DNA of 54,957 nucleotides from a virus (Duplodnaviria; Caudoviricetes): IMG/VR virus record IMGVR_UViG_3300028586_000752, positions 1 to 54,957 of that record; one strand, 5' to 3'. Shown piece by piece: positions 47,194 to 54,957 of this stretch (position 1 is its first letter; each line of letters starts with the position of its first letter). The notes under the pieces were generated by a model. It saw only the letters and a program-made list of their open reading frames with translations, ran no database searches and was not told where the DNA came from. The position numbers and the translations under genes were made by a program.

Positions 47194-47754
47194 ATGCACC
47201 CGAACTCAAAGCCGGAGAATCTGGAAGTCCGGCTGGCTCTGATTGAAAAAAGCATCCAAGACTTGATCGCAATGCATGCGAAGTTGGAAGAGATCAGCCG
47301 GAAATATTCGACCGAAGAGGTCCGCCGGCTGCAACAAGGGATTTCCGAAGGCGACAAGGTCGCGCGGGACTACGCTCTCGACCAAGCGGACAAACTCAAT
47401 CTCCAGATCCGGCGGGACATGGATCAGCTTGCGAAAGACATTCGCAGCGAGATGAAAGGCGCCATTGATGGCTTGGAGGCGCGCTTCAAAGAGGTGGTCG
47501 ACAAGTTCGAGTCGCTGTCGAAGACGACGCACGAGCTGAAAGGGCAAATCGACTTGATCGGTGCGCAGGTCGCGACCTTCGCCGGCCAGATCGCCGAGCT
47601 CGTCACTGTGGTCAAAGACCTCAAGGGCATGGCGGACAAGGCGCAAGGGAGCTGGCACACGATCAAGATCGTGGTTCCCGTTTGTCTTGCGATCGTCGGC
47701 GCTGTGAAGTGGGCGGTCGAGCATCCCGAGATCATCGCGAAATTCTTCTCTTGA
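47194..47754 (+). CDS. Coiled-coil protein with C-terminal transmembrane helix (holin/antiholin/XhlA-like)
   Basis: Heptads then IKIVVPVCLAIVGAVKWAV. Confidence 0.6.
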   Translation: MHPNSKPENLEVRLALIEKSIQDLIAMHAKLEEISRKYSTEEVRRLQQGISEGDKVARDYALDQADKLNLQIRRDMDQLAKDIRSEMKGAIDGLEARFKEVVDKFESLSKTTHELKGQIDLIGAQVATFAGQIAELVTVVKDLKGMADKAQGSWHTIKIVVPVCLAIVGAVKWAVEHPEIIAKFFS

Positions 47755-47761
47755 GCCCGCC

Positions 47762-48298
47762 ATGACTACCGTCGTCGTCGACGTTCAGCGCATGACTTTG
47801 GTATGCGACTCGCTTTGCACGGGCGGCATGCAGTTCATCTCGCAAAAGATGTTCACGCTCGACGATGGCACGTTGATCGGCGTGTGCGGCGTCATGAACA
47901 ACGCGTTGAAATTCGTTGAGTGGGCCAAGGCCGGCTACAACCCGAAGGTGCTCCCCACCTTCTCGGACGATTCGTTTGAGGCCATCACTGTCGGCCCGAA
48001 GGGCGTTCATGTTTGGGACTCGGCGTGCGTTGGCATTCCGATTGTTTCCGGCGTATTCGCCATGGGCAGCGGATCTCACTATGCGCGCGCGGCTCTTCAC
48101 TGCGGCCGCACGGCCGAAGAAGCCGTCGCCGTCGCGTGCGATCTGGATCAGCACTCGGGCTTGCCGATCGTGAGCAAGACCTATGAAACGGTGGCGCCGC
48201 GCGCGGTTCCAAGACGTAAGGCTCCGGCCAAGCCGGCGGCCAAGCCCGCTGCCAAGGCGAAGCCGGCAGCGAAAAAATCCCCAGCAAGACGCAAATAA
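47762..48298 (+). CDS. Ntn-hydrolase (proteasome-beta/HslV-like) protein with basic Lys/Ala/Pro tail
   Basis: MTT N-terminus, CDS, LIGVCG, FAMGSGSHYARAAL, AVAVACDLDQHSG. Confidence 0.75.
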   Translation: MTTVVVDVQRMTLVCDSLCTGGMQFISQKMFTLDDGTLIGVCGVMNNALKFVEWAKAGYNPKVLPTFSDDSFEAITVGPKGVHVWDSACVGIPIVSGVFAMGSGSHYARAALHCGRTAEEAVAVACDLDQHSGLPIVSKTYETVAPRAVPRRKAPAKPAAKPAAKAKPAAKKSPARRK

Positions 48299-48424
48299 TC
48301 GAGATCCGCAAGCACATAAGCGAGCCTGCCGACGAGCGGGCTGAACCTCGTTTGACTTTCACTCTTGCCCGCCAGTAAGACTGAATGAGGCGCGAAAATC
48401 TCGCGCACTCACGGGAGAGAGCAA

Positions 48425-50110
48425 GTGAAAGCTAAAGCCAATCAGACCGCGCGCACGCGGCAGGGCAACGAGTTCGGGGCGTCGGGCCGGCCGCAACGTC
48501 AACGCGATGTCTTCCTCACGATGCTGAAAGACGGCGCCGAGATCAACGCCGCGGCGGCCGAGGTTGGGGTTCCCGGGCGCACCGCTCGCCGGTGGCGGGC
48601 CCAAGCCGGGCAGGGGATCACCGTCAGCCAGGTGCGCAAGGCGGCGCGCTTCTCGGAGCCGCTTGCCAAAGAATTGTCGAGCTATGATGGGGTGGTGGTC
48701 ACTTGCGTCATCAACGACGCTCCCACCGACAAGCGAGCGTATGAGGCGCTCAAAGAATACTGCCGGCTTCGCAACTTCAAGCTGTATGTCGCCCCGAGCA
48801 AATACCTCTACCGCCAAGACTCGAAGTTCCACGTCGACGACGAAGACCTCTTGCTTGAAAACGTCTCGCTCCGGAAGGGCTTGAAGCTGCTCGCCAAGCT
48901 CAACGTGAGCCCCACCATCGTCGATCCGTTCGCCGGGCTCGACGGCATCTCCAAGGGCCACACCGTCATCTTGGCGCACCCGCAGATGGCGATGAAGACG
49001 ATGGCGACGTTGGGTGGATCGCCGGCCCAGATGTGGGCCACGTCGACCATCTCGAAAGCCAACAACGCCTACCTCCCCACCAAGACCGGCCACAAGGCGG
49101 AGTTCAATCACTCCATCGGCGCCGTCGTGGTTGAGTTCGGGCCGGTCGACTCCTTCCACATTCGCAACCTCAACGTCGACGACCAGGGCGGCTTCTACGA
49201 TTTCGGCGAGGGGGCCGAGGGTTACTTCAACAAGGACGGCTTCAGGCCTCTTGGAACCGCGCGCATCGCCGGGCTCTACTTGGGCGACTCCCACTTCACC
49301 GTGGGCGACCCGGACGTGGAGGCGGCGACGTTCTCGAACAAAGACTCGATCATGCGCACGCTCATGCCAAAGCGAATCGTGCTTGGCGACGCGCTGGACT
49401 TCCAATCGCAGAACCATCACGACGAGCACGACCACTTCCAAAAGCTTGGTAAGCAGATGCACGGGATCGCGAGCGTCTACGGCGAGCTGGCGAAGACATG
49501 CAAGCGGATCGAAGAGCTAATCCCCGCGGCCCTTGGGATCGCGATCGATATGATCGGGGCGAACCACAACGACGCCTTCTACAAGTGGCTGACGACTGCC
49601 GACCCCAAGAAGATGAGCGCGGCGAATCTGCGCCTGTGGTGCGAGTGCTCAATTCTCGTGCTCGACAACATGAAGCTTGGGCCCGCCGGCAATGAGATCC
49701 CGAACCTGTTCGAGCTGTGGATGCACAACAGCGAGTTCTCGCCGCTGGCAAAGCGCATGACTTTCCACGATCGCCGGCTCAGCGTGAAGATCCTCGGCGT
49801 CGAGATCTCGATGCACGGCGACAAAGGCCCGAACGGGGCGAAGGGCTCGCCGAATGGGTTCTCCCGCCTGCCGTTCAAGTCGATCGTAGGGCACTCCCAC
49901 TCGCCATCGATCCGCCTCGGCTGCTACACCGTCGGCACCTCGTCCTTGTTCGATCTGAGTTACACCGGCGGGCCGTCGTCATGGATGCACACGCATTGCA
50001 TCATCTGGCCCAACGGCAAGCGGCAGATGGTCAACATCATCAATGCGAACTGGCGCGCGCGCGTGTCGCCGGCAGCTCGCAAGGCGTTCTTGAAGCGGGC
50101 CGGGCTCTAA
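48425..50110 (+). CDS. HTH plus calcineurin-like metallophosphoesterase, T5 A1-like
   Basis: LGDSH, LGDALD, GANHND, MHGDKGPNGAKGS, VGHSHSP, YTGGPSSW, PNGKRQ. Confidence 0.75.
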   Translation: MKAKANQTARTRQGNEFGASGRPQRQRDVFLTMLKDGAEINAAAAEVGVPGRTARRWRAQAGQGITVSQVRKAARFSEPLAKELSSYDGVVVTCVINDAPTDKRAYEALKEYCRLRNFKLYVAPSKYLYRQDSKFHVDDEDLLLENVSLRKGLKLLAKLNVSPTIVDPFAGLDGISKGHTVILAHPQMAMKTMATLGGSPAQMWATSTISKANNAYLPTKTGHKAEFNHSIGAVVVEFGPVDSFHIRNLNVDDQGGFYDFGEGAEGYFNKDGFRPLGTARIAGLYLGDSHFTVGDPDVEAATFSNKDSIMRTLMPKRIVLGDALDFQSQNHHDEHDHFQKLGKQMHGIASVYGELAKTCKRIEELIPAALGIAIDMIGANHNDAFYKWLTTADPKKMSAANLRLWCECSILVLDNMKLGPAGNEIPNLFELWMHNSEFSPLAKRMTFHDRRLSVKILGVEISMHGDKGPNGAKGSPNGFSRLPFKSIVGHSHSPSIRLGCYTVGTSSLFDLSYTGGPSSWMHTHCIIWPNGKRQMVNIINANWRARVSPAARKAFLKRAGL

Positions 50111-50285
50111 GTCTTGGAACCGTGCCGATGAAAAAAACCCACTCCTCGGCAAAGGAGTGGGGCACGGCTTACAGCATTTCCGGTCTTCTGGATGGCGCCT
50201 CTCGGCATTCTCACGATCTCGTGGGTCACGAGCCTTGTCAAGTGGCGGGGCTTGCTTTTGCATTGCCCGGCGGTATCGTTGAAGA

Positions 50286-50531
50286 GTGAATCAATCGGAG
50301 GCGGCCGTGGGCACGCAAAAGCTGGACCGCTGGACGAAGGAGATGCTCATGGCGATCGCCATGGCCGACGCGGACAGGATTAAAGTGGCTCTCGCCATGG
50401 GAGCCAACCGCGGAGTTGGTGTAACGCCTGGCTTCCTCGAATTGCTGCGGGAGCGCCAGGTGCAGTGGCTGTCGGAATCGTGGCACGACGCCGGCCGCGT
50501 GCTTACCGAGGTTCGTCGTTGCATGAAATGA
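50286..50531 (+). CDS. Hypothetical protein
   Basis: 81-aa co-directional ORF with GTG start; weak support. Confidence 0.4.
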   Translation: MNQSEAAVGTQKLDRWTKEMLMAIAMADADRIKVALAMGANRGVGVTPGFLELLRERQVQWLSESWHDAGRVLTEVRRCMK

Positions 50532-50589
50532 ACGACTACCCTACAAAAATGTAGGGTTAGCGCATACAAGAACAAGAGGAGCAAATCCC

Positions 50590-51384
50590 GTGGGCATCAT
50601 CGATGCATTGATGCGCCTGTTTTTCAAGGCGAAGCCGGCCGCCGCGCCGATCAAACCTCAACCCCTCCCACCCACGCTAACCCCACCCCCGTCCGCGCAA
50701 GCGGCGGGAGTTGTCGCCCCGCCGGCCGAGGCGCCTAAACCGGCCCCGGCGCAGGGCGTGGGCATCACGGTGGAGCATCTCACCGCCATGGGGGCGAGCC
50801 TGGCGAATGCCCAAAAATACGTCGCGCACTTGAACGAAGCTTGCGCCAAGTTCGGCATCAACACGCGCTCACGCATCTGCCACTTCATCGCCCAGACGTT
50901 TCACGAGTCAGGCAACCTGCGGGTCGTGCGGGAGAATCTGAACTACACCGCGGCGAACTGCATGAAGGTGTGGCCCCGGGTATTCCCCACGGTGGAGTCC
51001 ACGGTGGGCTTCACGAAGAACCCGGCGGCCCTCGCCAACAAGATGTATGGCGGGAGGGTGGGGAACAAGGAGCCGGGCGATGGCTGGAAATACAGCGGCC
51101 GCGGACTGATCCAGGTGACGTTCCGCGGCAACTACGAGCCTTGCGGGAAGTTCTTGGGGATCGACTTGGTGAACCACCCCGAGCTTCTCGAAGAGCCGAG
51201 GTGGGCGGCGCTGTCTGCGGGCTGGTTCTGGGGCGAGCACGCCCACTGCAACGCCATGGCCGACATCGACACGTTGGAGGCGGTCAAGGTGATCACAAAG
51301 AAGGTCAACGGTGGATACACCAACCTCGCCGAACGCGAGAAACATTGGAAGCTGGCGAAGAAGGTCTTCGCCGATCTCAAATAA
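50590..51384 (+). CDS. Endolysin, glycoside hydrolase family 19
   Basis: FIAQTFHESG, ENLNY, GDGWKYSGRGLIQVT, ITKKVNGG; Pro-rich N-terminal linker. Confidence 0.92.
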   Translation: MGIIDALMRLFFKAKPAAAPIKPQPLPPTLTPPPSAQAAGVVAPPAEAPKPAPAQGVGITVEHLTAMGASLANAQKYVAHLNEACAKFGINTRSRICHFIAQTFHESGNLRVVRENLNYTAANCMKVWPRVFPTVESTVGFTKNPAALANKMYGGRVGNKEPGDGWKYSGRGLIQVTFRGNYEPCGKFLGIDLVNHPELLEEPRWAALSAGWFWGEHAHCNAMADIDTLEAVKVITKKVNGGYTNLAEREKHWKLAKKVFADLK

Positions 51385-51395
51385 GGGGACTCAAA

Positions 51396-51683
51396 ATGGA
51401 ATTCAAAGCGCGCTTCGCCGAGTTCAAAGCCCGGCTTGCGAAGCTCAAAAGCGAGATCGCCACGGTGGCGGGCTCGACCCTGACGGCATTCTCGGACACG
51501 CTCAGCGAAGTCGTCGCCAGCGCTCCAGCCGCCCTGACGCAACTGCAGCCGCTGGCCGACGCCGAGACGATGGCGATGATCGGTAAATTCATCGCCATCG
51601 CCGGCATTGTGGGTTTGATCCTCAAAGCCGCCCGTCGCCGCAAAGAGGCGAAGGCGGGTCCGGATCAAACCCCCTCCGCTTGA
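51396..51683 (+). CDS. Holin-like membrane protein
   Basis: ATG 51396 after the endolysin; hydrophobic IGKFIAIAGIVGLIL followed by a basic tail. Confidence 0.6.
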   Translation: MEFKARFAEFKARLAKLKSEIATVAGSTLTAFSDTLSEVVASAPAALTQLQPLADAETMAMIGKFIAIAGIVGLILKAARRRKEAKAGPDQTPSA

Positions 51684-51813
51684 AAACCACCAACGCATAA
51701 CACCACCACCACCCCCAACCCGGGCTGCCCCGCGCAGCGGCAACCGTCAGCGCCGCAGGCCCAAAGCTATCCGGCAAGGGCTCCCGGCCGGCGAGGGGAT
51801 CTCGGAGAAAGAC

Positions 51814-52284
51814 ATGCCACTGCTGCTTCCATGGTTGATCACCAAGCTTCGTTTGGTTCCCGCGGGGGCGTGGCGGGCGTTCGGGCTGGCCGTCGCCATC
51901 GTGGTCGCGGTTGGCGGGTTCTATTTCTGGGCGCACGGCCGCGGGTTCGACCAGGGCGAGGCCAAGGCGCACGCCGCCCACGCCAAGATAGAGGCTGCCC
52001 GGGTAAAAGCCCAAGCCGCCGCGGAGGATGAGCGGGACAGGCGTCAAGCTCAGGCGGAGGAAGATCAGGCCAAGCGTAACGCGGAGTTCGCTACAAGGGA
52101 TGAGGCCGCCGCGAAGAAGGCCGCCGCGTTGAGCACGAGGATCGCACTTCTCGTGGCGAAGCAGAAGGTCATGCCCGAGTGCGACGTGCCGGCGGAAGAC
52201 AAGGCCGTGCTCAACGAAAGCATCCAAACTGCCAACGCTCGGATCGGGCTGGCGAACAAACAACTTTTGGGAGCCGGGAAATGA
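51814..52284 (+). CDS. Rz-like inner-membrane spanin
   Basis: N-terminal TM (AFGLAVAIVVAVGGFYFW), coiled coil, Cys near the C-terminus. Confidence 0.75.
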   Translation: MPLLLPWLITKLRLVPAGAWRAFGLAVAIVVAVGGFYFWAHGRGFDQGEAKAHAAHAKIEAARVKAQAAAEDERDRRQAQAEEDQAKRNAEFATRDEAAAKKAAALSTRIALLVAKQKVMPECDVPAEDKAVLNESIQTANARIGLANKQLLGAGK

Positions 52285-52556
52285 AGCGTTTGAGCTATGC
52301 ATTTGCATTGTTGTGCATGGGTCTCGCCGGATGCCAGACCACGCCGGTCTCGGTAACGGTCGACGCCATCCGCCGGCCGTTGCCTGAGAAGGCCATGCGC
52401 GAAGATCAGCCGCTCGACTTGCTGTCATCGGGGTCGAAGCAAGAGTTGGAGCTGTGGATCGCCCAAGCTGCCGAGAAGTATGGGATGTGCGTGGCGGACA
52501 AGACTGAGCTCGTCGATTGGGTCTTGAAAGAGCGCGCCGACAACGCCAAGAAATGA
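52281..52556 (+). CDS. Rz1-like outer-membrane lipoprotein spanin
   Basis: MKRLSYAFALLCMGLAGC lipobox; ATGA overlap with the i-spanin. Confidence 0.8.
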   Translation: MKRLSYAFALLCMGLAGCQTTPVSVTVDAIRRPLPEKAMREDQPLDLLSSGSKQELELWIAQAAEKYGMCVADKTELVDWVLKERADNAKK

Positions 52557-52585
52557 AAAAGGGCCCTGCAGGGCCCTTGCGTTTA
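52556..52585. terminator. Terminator hairpin between convergent genes
   Basis: aaaaagggccc-tgca-gggccctt-gcgttt. Confidence 0.65.
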
Positions 52586-52587
52586 CA

Positions 52588-54957
52588 TCAACGTAAGCAT
52601 TCCTTGACGGCTTTTTCCAAATCGTCGACATGGATGCCATGGGGAGAGCCGTTCTTCATCTTCCAGACGGTATAGCCACTGCCGACAGCTTTGGCTCGCA
52701 AGTCCGCCTGTTTGCCAACGCTGATGAAACGGGTGTGGACCTTCGTCTTGCCGTCATCTTGGATGTCGAAAAGCTTACGCGCCACCGCGTCCGAAAGAAG
52801 GTGTTTGCCCTTCGTGTCCAGGCAATACACTTTGCCACCCTTCCACACCAGGAAGTCCGGGTAGAAAGAGGCAGTGTCGCCATCGGTCAGCAGCGGAATG
52901 TGGAAGCCCCCGTTGCTGGGGTTGCGATGCCACGCCAGTCCGGTCGCGTCGAGCGCTTGCGCGAACGGGAGCTCGAACTTGTTCATGGACGGGTAGCGGT
53001 CATAGAGGGCGTTCTCGAAAGCCACCGCGTTCTTCGGCACGCGCATCGCGCCGAATTTGAAAGCTTCACAGCTCTCGTAGACCAGCTCAGTCAAATCAAA
53101 ATATGCGTCGACGATCTCGCCGGCCAGCTTCTCGGCAAGCTTGTGGGCATTGCTCTGAACTTGAACTCGAACGTCAAACTTCTTGTTCTTGAAGTCGGAG
53201 TTGGCTAACGCTCGCGAAGAGCGCGCGCGCAGCGCGGCGTTAACGAACCAACGAAGCCGAACCGGGTTCGTATTGCCGGCCGCGATCCAATTCGTCTGGC
53301 CCGGCTCACTGGCGAGTTTGGTGAGGTCGACGAGTTCCGTGGCAGAGTGGGCTTGTCCAATCGCGTCGACGCCCCCCTCGGCGAAGGTCGGGAACTCTGC
53401 AATCAGTTCGGCGATGCGTTCACAAGCAGCCACGGCGTTCGCATTGATCTGGCAGAGATCAACTATGACCCCATCTTTGGGCATGATTGTCTCGGCGCCG
53501 CCGCCCGAGCCGCCAAAGCTGCCAACGATCTCGATGGGGGCGCCTTCATTTTGCAGCTTCTGACGAACAGATTCGATAGCCTCCTCGAACACCGACTTCT
53601 TGTCAACGCGCAGAAAGAAATGGGCCGAGTTCAGCAGCGCGTTGTCGTAGTGGCGCGCCTTGGGTTGGCGCAGCACCCGGCCAATGATCTGCTCCACCGC
53701 AATTGAGGAGCCCATACTCTTGTCGATGTATGCCAAGTAGCACGCGGGATCATCCCACCCTTCTTGCAGCGCTTGGTTGAAGATGATGTGTTGATAGTCG
53801 CCAGCGGAGAACTCGTCGAAGTCGCCTTCACCCGGGGAGAACAGGTTGACGGCATCTGGCTTGTTGCCTTCAATGAACGACAGGTTGGCGTAGATCGCGA
53901 TCGTTTTGGGATCGACCCCGCGTTCGTCGACCAGGTGGCGCCAAATGCGTATCGGTGGGGCAGAGCGCTGCTCAAATGGCTTGGTATGGTCGTCCTTGCC
54001 ACCGTCGTCGGTCATGTTGGTCTTGCAGACGTAGATTGCTTTCGGCTTAAATCCGAGCCCTCGCGTGTCAATCTCATCGCTCAGCGTCTGCATGCGCACA
54101 ATGAGCTCGTCGAGACACGCTTCCATCGTCGACGTCGTTCCATCGAACTGGATCGCCTTTTTGACGAGCTCTGCATCCACGACGGCTTGGCTATCAACGG
54201 CCGTTGTGACGAACATGCGTGGATCAATATCTCCATCTTCATCAACCGCTCCAAGCGCTTTGAAGGCGGCTTGATCGCCGGTGTTGTCGACCCACAAACG
54301 GATGGGCTGGACGATCGTCTTGTTGAAGTTTTCAGGGAGCTTGAGCGTCGCCGATGCCAGCAAATACGCATCGGGCTCCAGCTCGCCCAAGATCTCCGTC
54401 TGCTGTTCGGAAAGGTTGTGCCCCTCATCGTAGACGATCAAGAGCGGACGGCGAACGCCACCGGCGTCGCGCTGAATCAGGCGCTCCCACGGCGACTGAT
54501 CACCGAACAGGTCGGCGTCGCGCTTGTAGATGTTGAGAGCGCCGGCCGACTGGTCTTTGTTGTTGAATAGGCCGGTCGTCGCCAGCACGAGCAAGGGCGT
54601 AGAGCCATCCGAGATGTCATGCGGCGCGAGCTGCGCCACGTTGATCACACGGAAGCCGTCAATGATCTCGGAGTATTTGCCGCCGTTCGAGAAGTTCGTG
54701 TAGGTCTGTGCGACCACGGACTTCGCCCTCGACATCCAGAAAACGATTGGTTCGCAACCAAAATGGGCGCGCATGCGCGCAACGGCCTCGGCCAATATGG
54801 GCGTCTTGCCAGCGCCGGTCAGCGCCGACAACGCTTGGAAGAAGGGCTGGGGCTTCGTTTTGCCGCGATACGGACGCTCGTCGTGATTGGCGAAAAAGGC
54901 ATAGCGGTCGGCAATAGAGCCGGCCGCCTTGGTTTGAAACACTTTCAGGTCAAGCAT
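52588..54957 (-). CDS. Type III restriction (ResIII)-like SF2 helicase with C-terminal PD-(D/E)xK nuclease
   Basis: LTGAGKT, VYDEGH, SAT, LQEGWD, EQIIGRVLR, FYPDFLV...LDTKG. Confidence 0.85.
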   Translation of the reverse strand: MLDLKVFQTKAAGSIADRYAFFANHDERPYRGKTKPQPFFQALSALTGAGKTPILAEAVARMRAHFGCEPIVFWMSRAKSVVAQTYTNFSNGGKYSEIIDGFRVINVAQLAPHDISDGSTPLLVLATTGLFNNKDQSAGALNIYKRDADLFGDQSPWERLIQRDAGGVRRPLLIVYDEGHNLSEQQTEILGELEPDAYLLASATLKLPENFNKTIVQPIRLWVDNTGDQAAFKALGAVDEDGDIDPRMFVTTAVDSQAVVDAELVKKAIQFDGTTSTMEACLDELIVRMQTLSDEIDTRGLGFKPKAIYVCKTNMTDDGGKDDHTKPFEQRSAPPIRIWRHLVDERGVDPKTIAIYANLSFIEGNKPDAVNLFSPGEGDFDEFSAGDYQHIIFNQALQEGWDDPACYLAYIDKSMGSSIAVEQIIGRVLRQPKARHYDNALLNSAHFFLRVDKKSVFEEAIESVRQKLQNEGAPIEIVGSFGGSGGGAETIMPKDGVIVDLCQINANAVAACERIAELIAEFPTFAEGGVDAIGQAHSATELVDLTKLASEPGQTNWIAAGNTNPVRLRWFVNAALRARSSRALANSDFKNKKFDVRVQVQSNAHKLAEKLAGEIVDAYFDLTELVYESCEAFKFGAMRVPKNAVAFENALYDRYPSMNKFELPFAQALDATGLAWHRNPSNGGFHIPLLTDGDTASFYPDFLVWKGGKVYCLDTKGKHLLSDAVARKLFDIQDDGKTKVHTRFISVGKQADLRAKAVGSGYTVWKMKNGSPHGIHVDDLEKAVKECLR

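Larger units (their letters stand above)
1..52556. mobile_element. Temperate phage/prophage (podovirus-like head module), integrase to spanins; true ends not determined
   Basis: Ordered modules: int/xis, early genes, replication, terminase-portal-capsid, tail/ejection proteins, endolysin-holin-spanins. No att repeats identified inside the window. Confidence 0.9.

Noticed and set aside
1-54957. attL/attR direct repeats
   Set aside because: The window starts at the integrase start codon and ends at the helicase start codon; no matching terminal repeat was seen, so the boundaries cannot be called.

Overview
The window holds a nearly complete temperate podophage-type element of about 52.5 kb, GC-rich and probably from a proteobacterial host (the XRE protein resembles a Burkholderiales/Oxalobacteraceae family). 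It runs from a tyrosine integrase and Xis/AlpA at the left edge to a lysis cassette, followed by a convergent type III restriction-like helicase/nuclease at the right edge. The right two-thirds is a virion operon: RusA, TerS, P22-like TerL and portal, scaffold, N4-gp56-type capsid, adaptor/nozzle/tail proteins, a 2051-aa LPD38-like ejection protein with ankyrin repeats, a T5-A1-like metallophosphoesterase, GH19 endolysin, holin and spanins. Three things stand out. (1) Twelve small early proteins with mostly unrelated N-termini share a C-terminal tag (helix, often QAxWDA, then a Pro/Gly/Lys linker, then GRL/ARL-COOH). Nine form one translationally coupled array. The tag is kept with different codons where no downstream gene needs it, so it looks selected at protein level. 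(2) The phage carries a MOBV/Mob_Pre relaxase with a hairpin-rich oriT-like region, beside Ocr-like, LPD29 and DUF4942 genes. This suggests a prophage that can be mobilised by conjugation and may send tagged proteins through a borrowed secretion channel (hypothesis). (3) A ~630-nt intergenic region before the lysis-side genes folds into nested helices and has three repeats of a conserved motif around variable hairpins, making it a candidate large phage ncRNA. Family calls come from motif recognition by eye; no searches were run, and att sites were not found.
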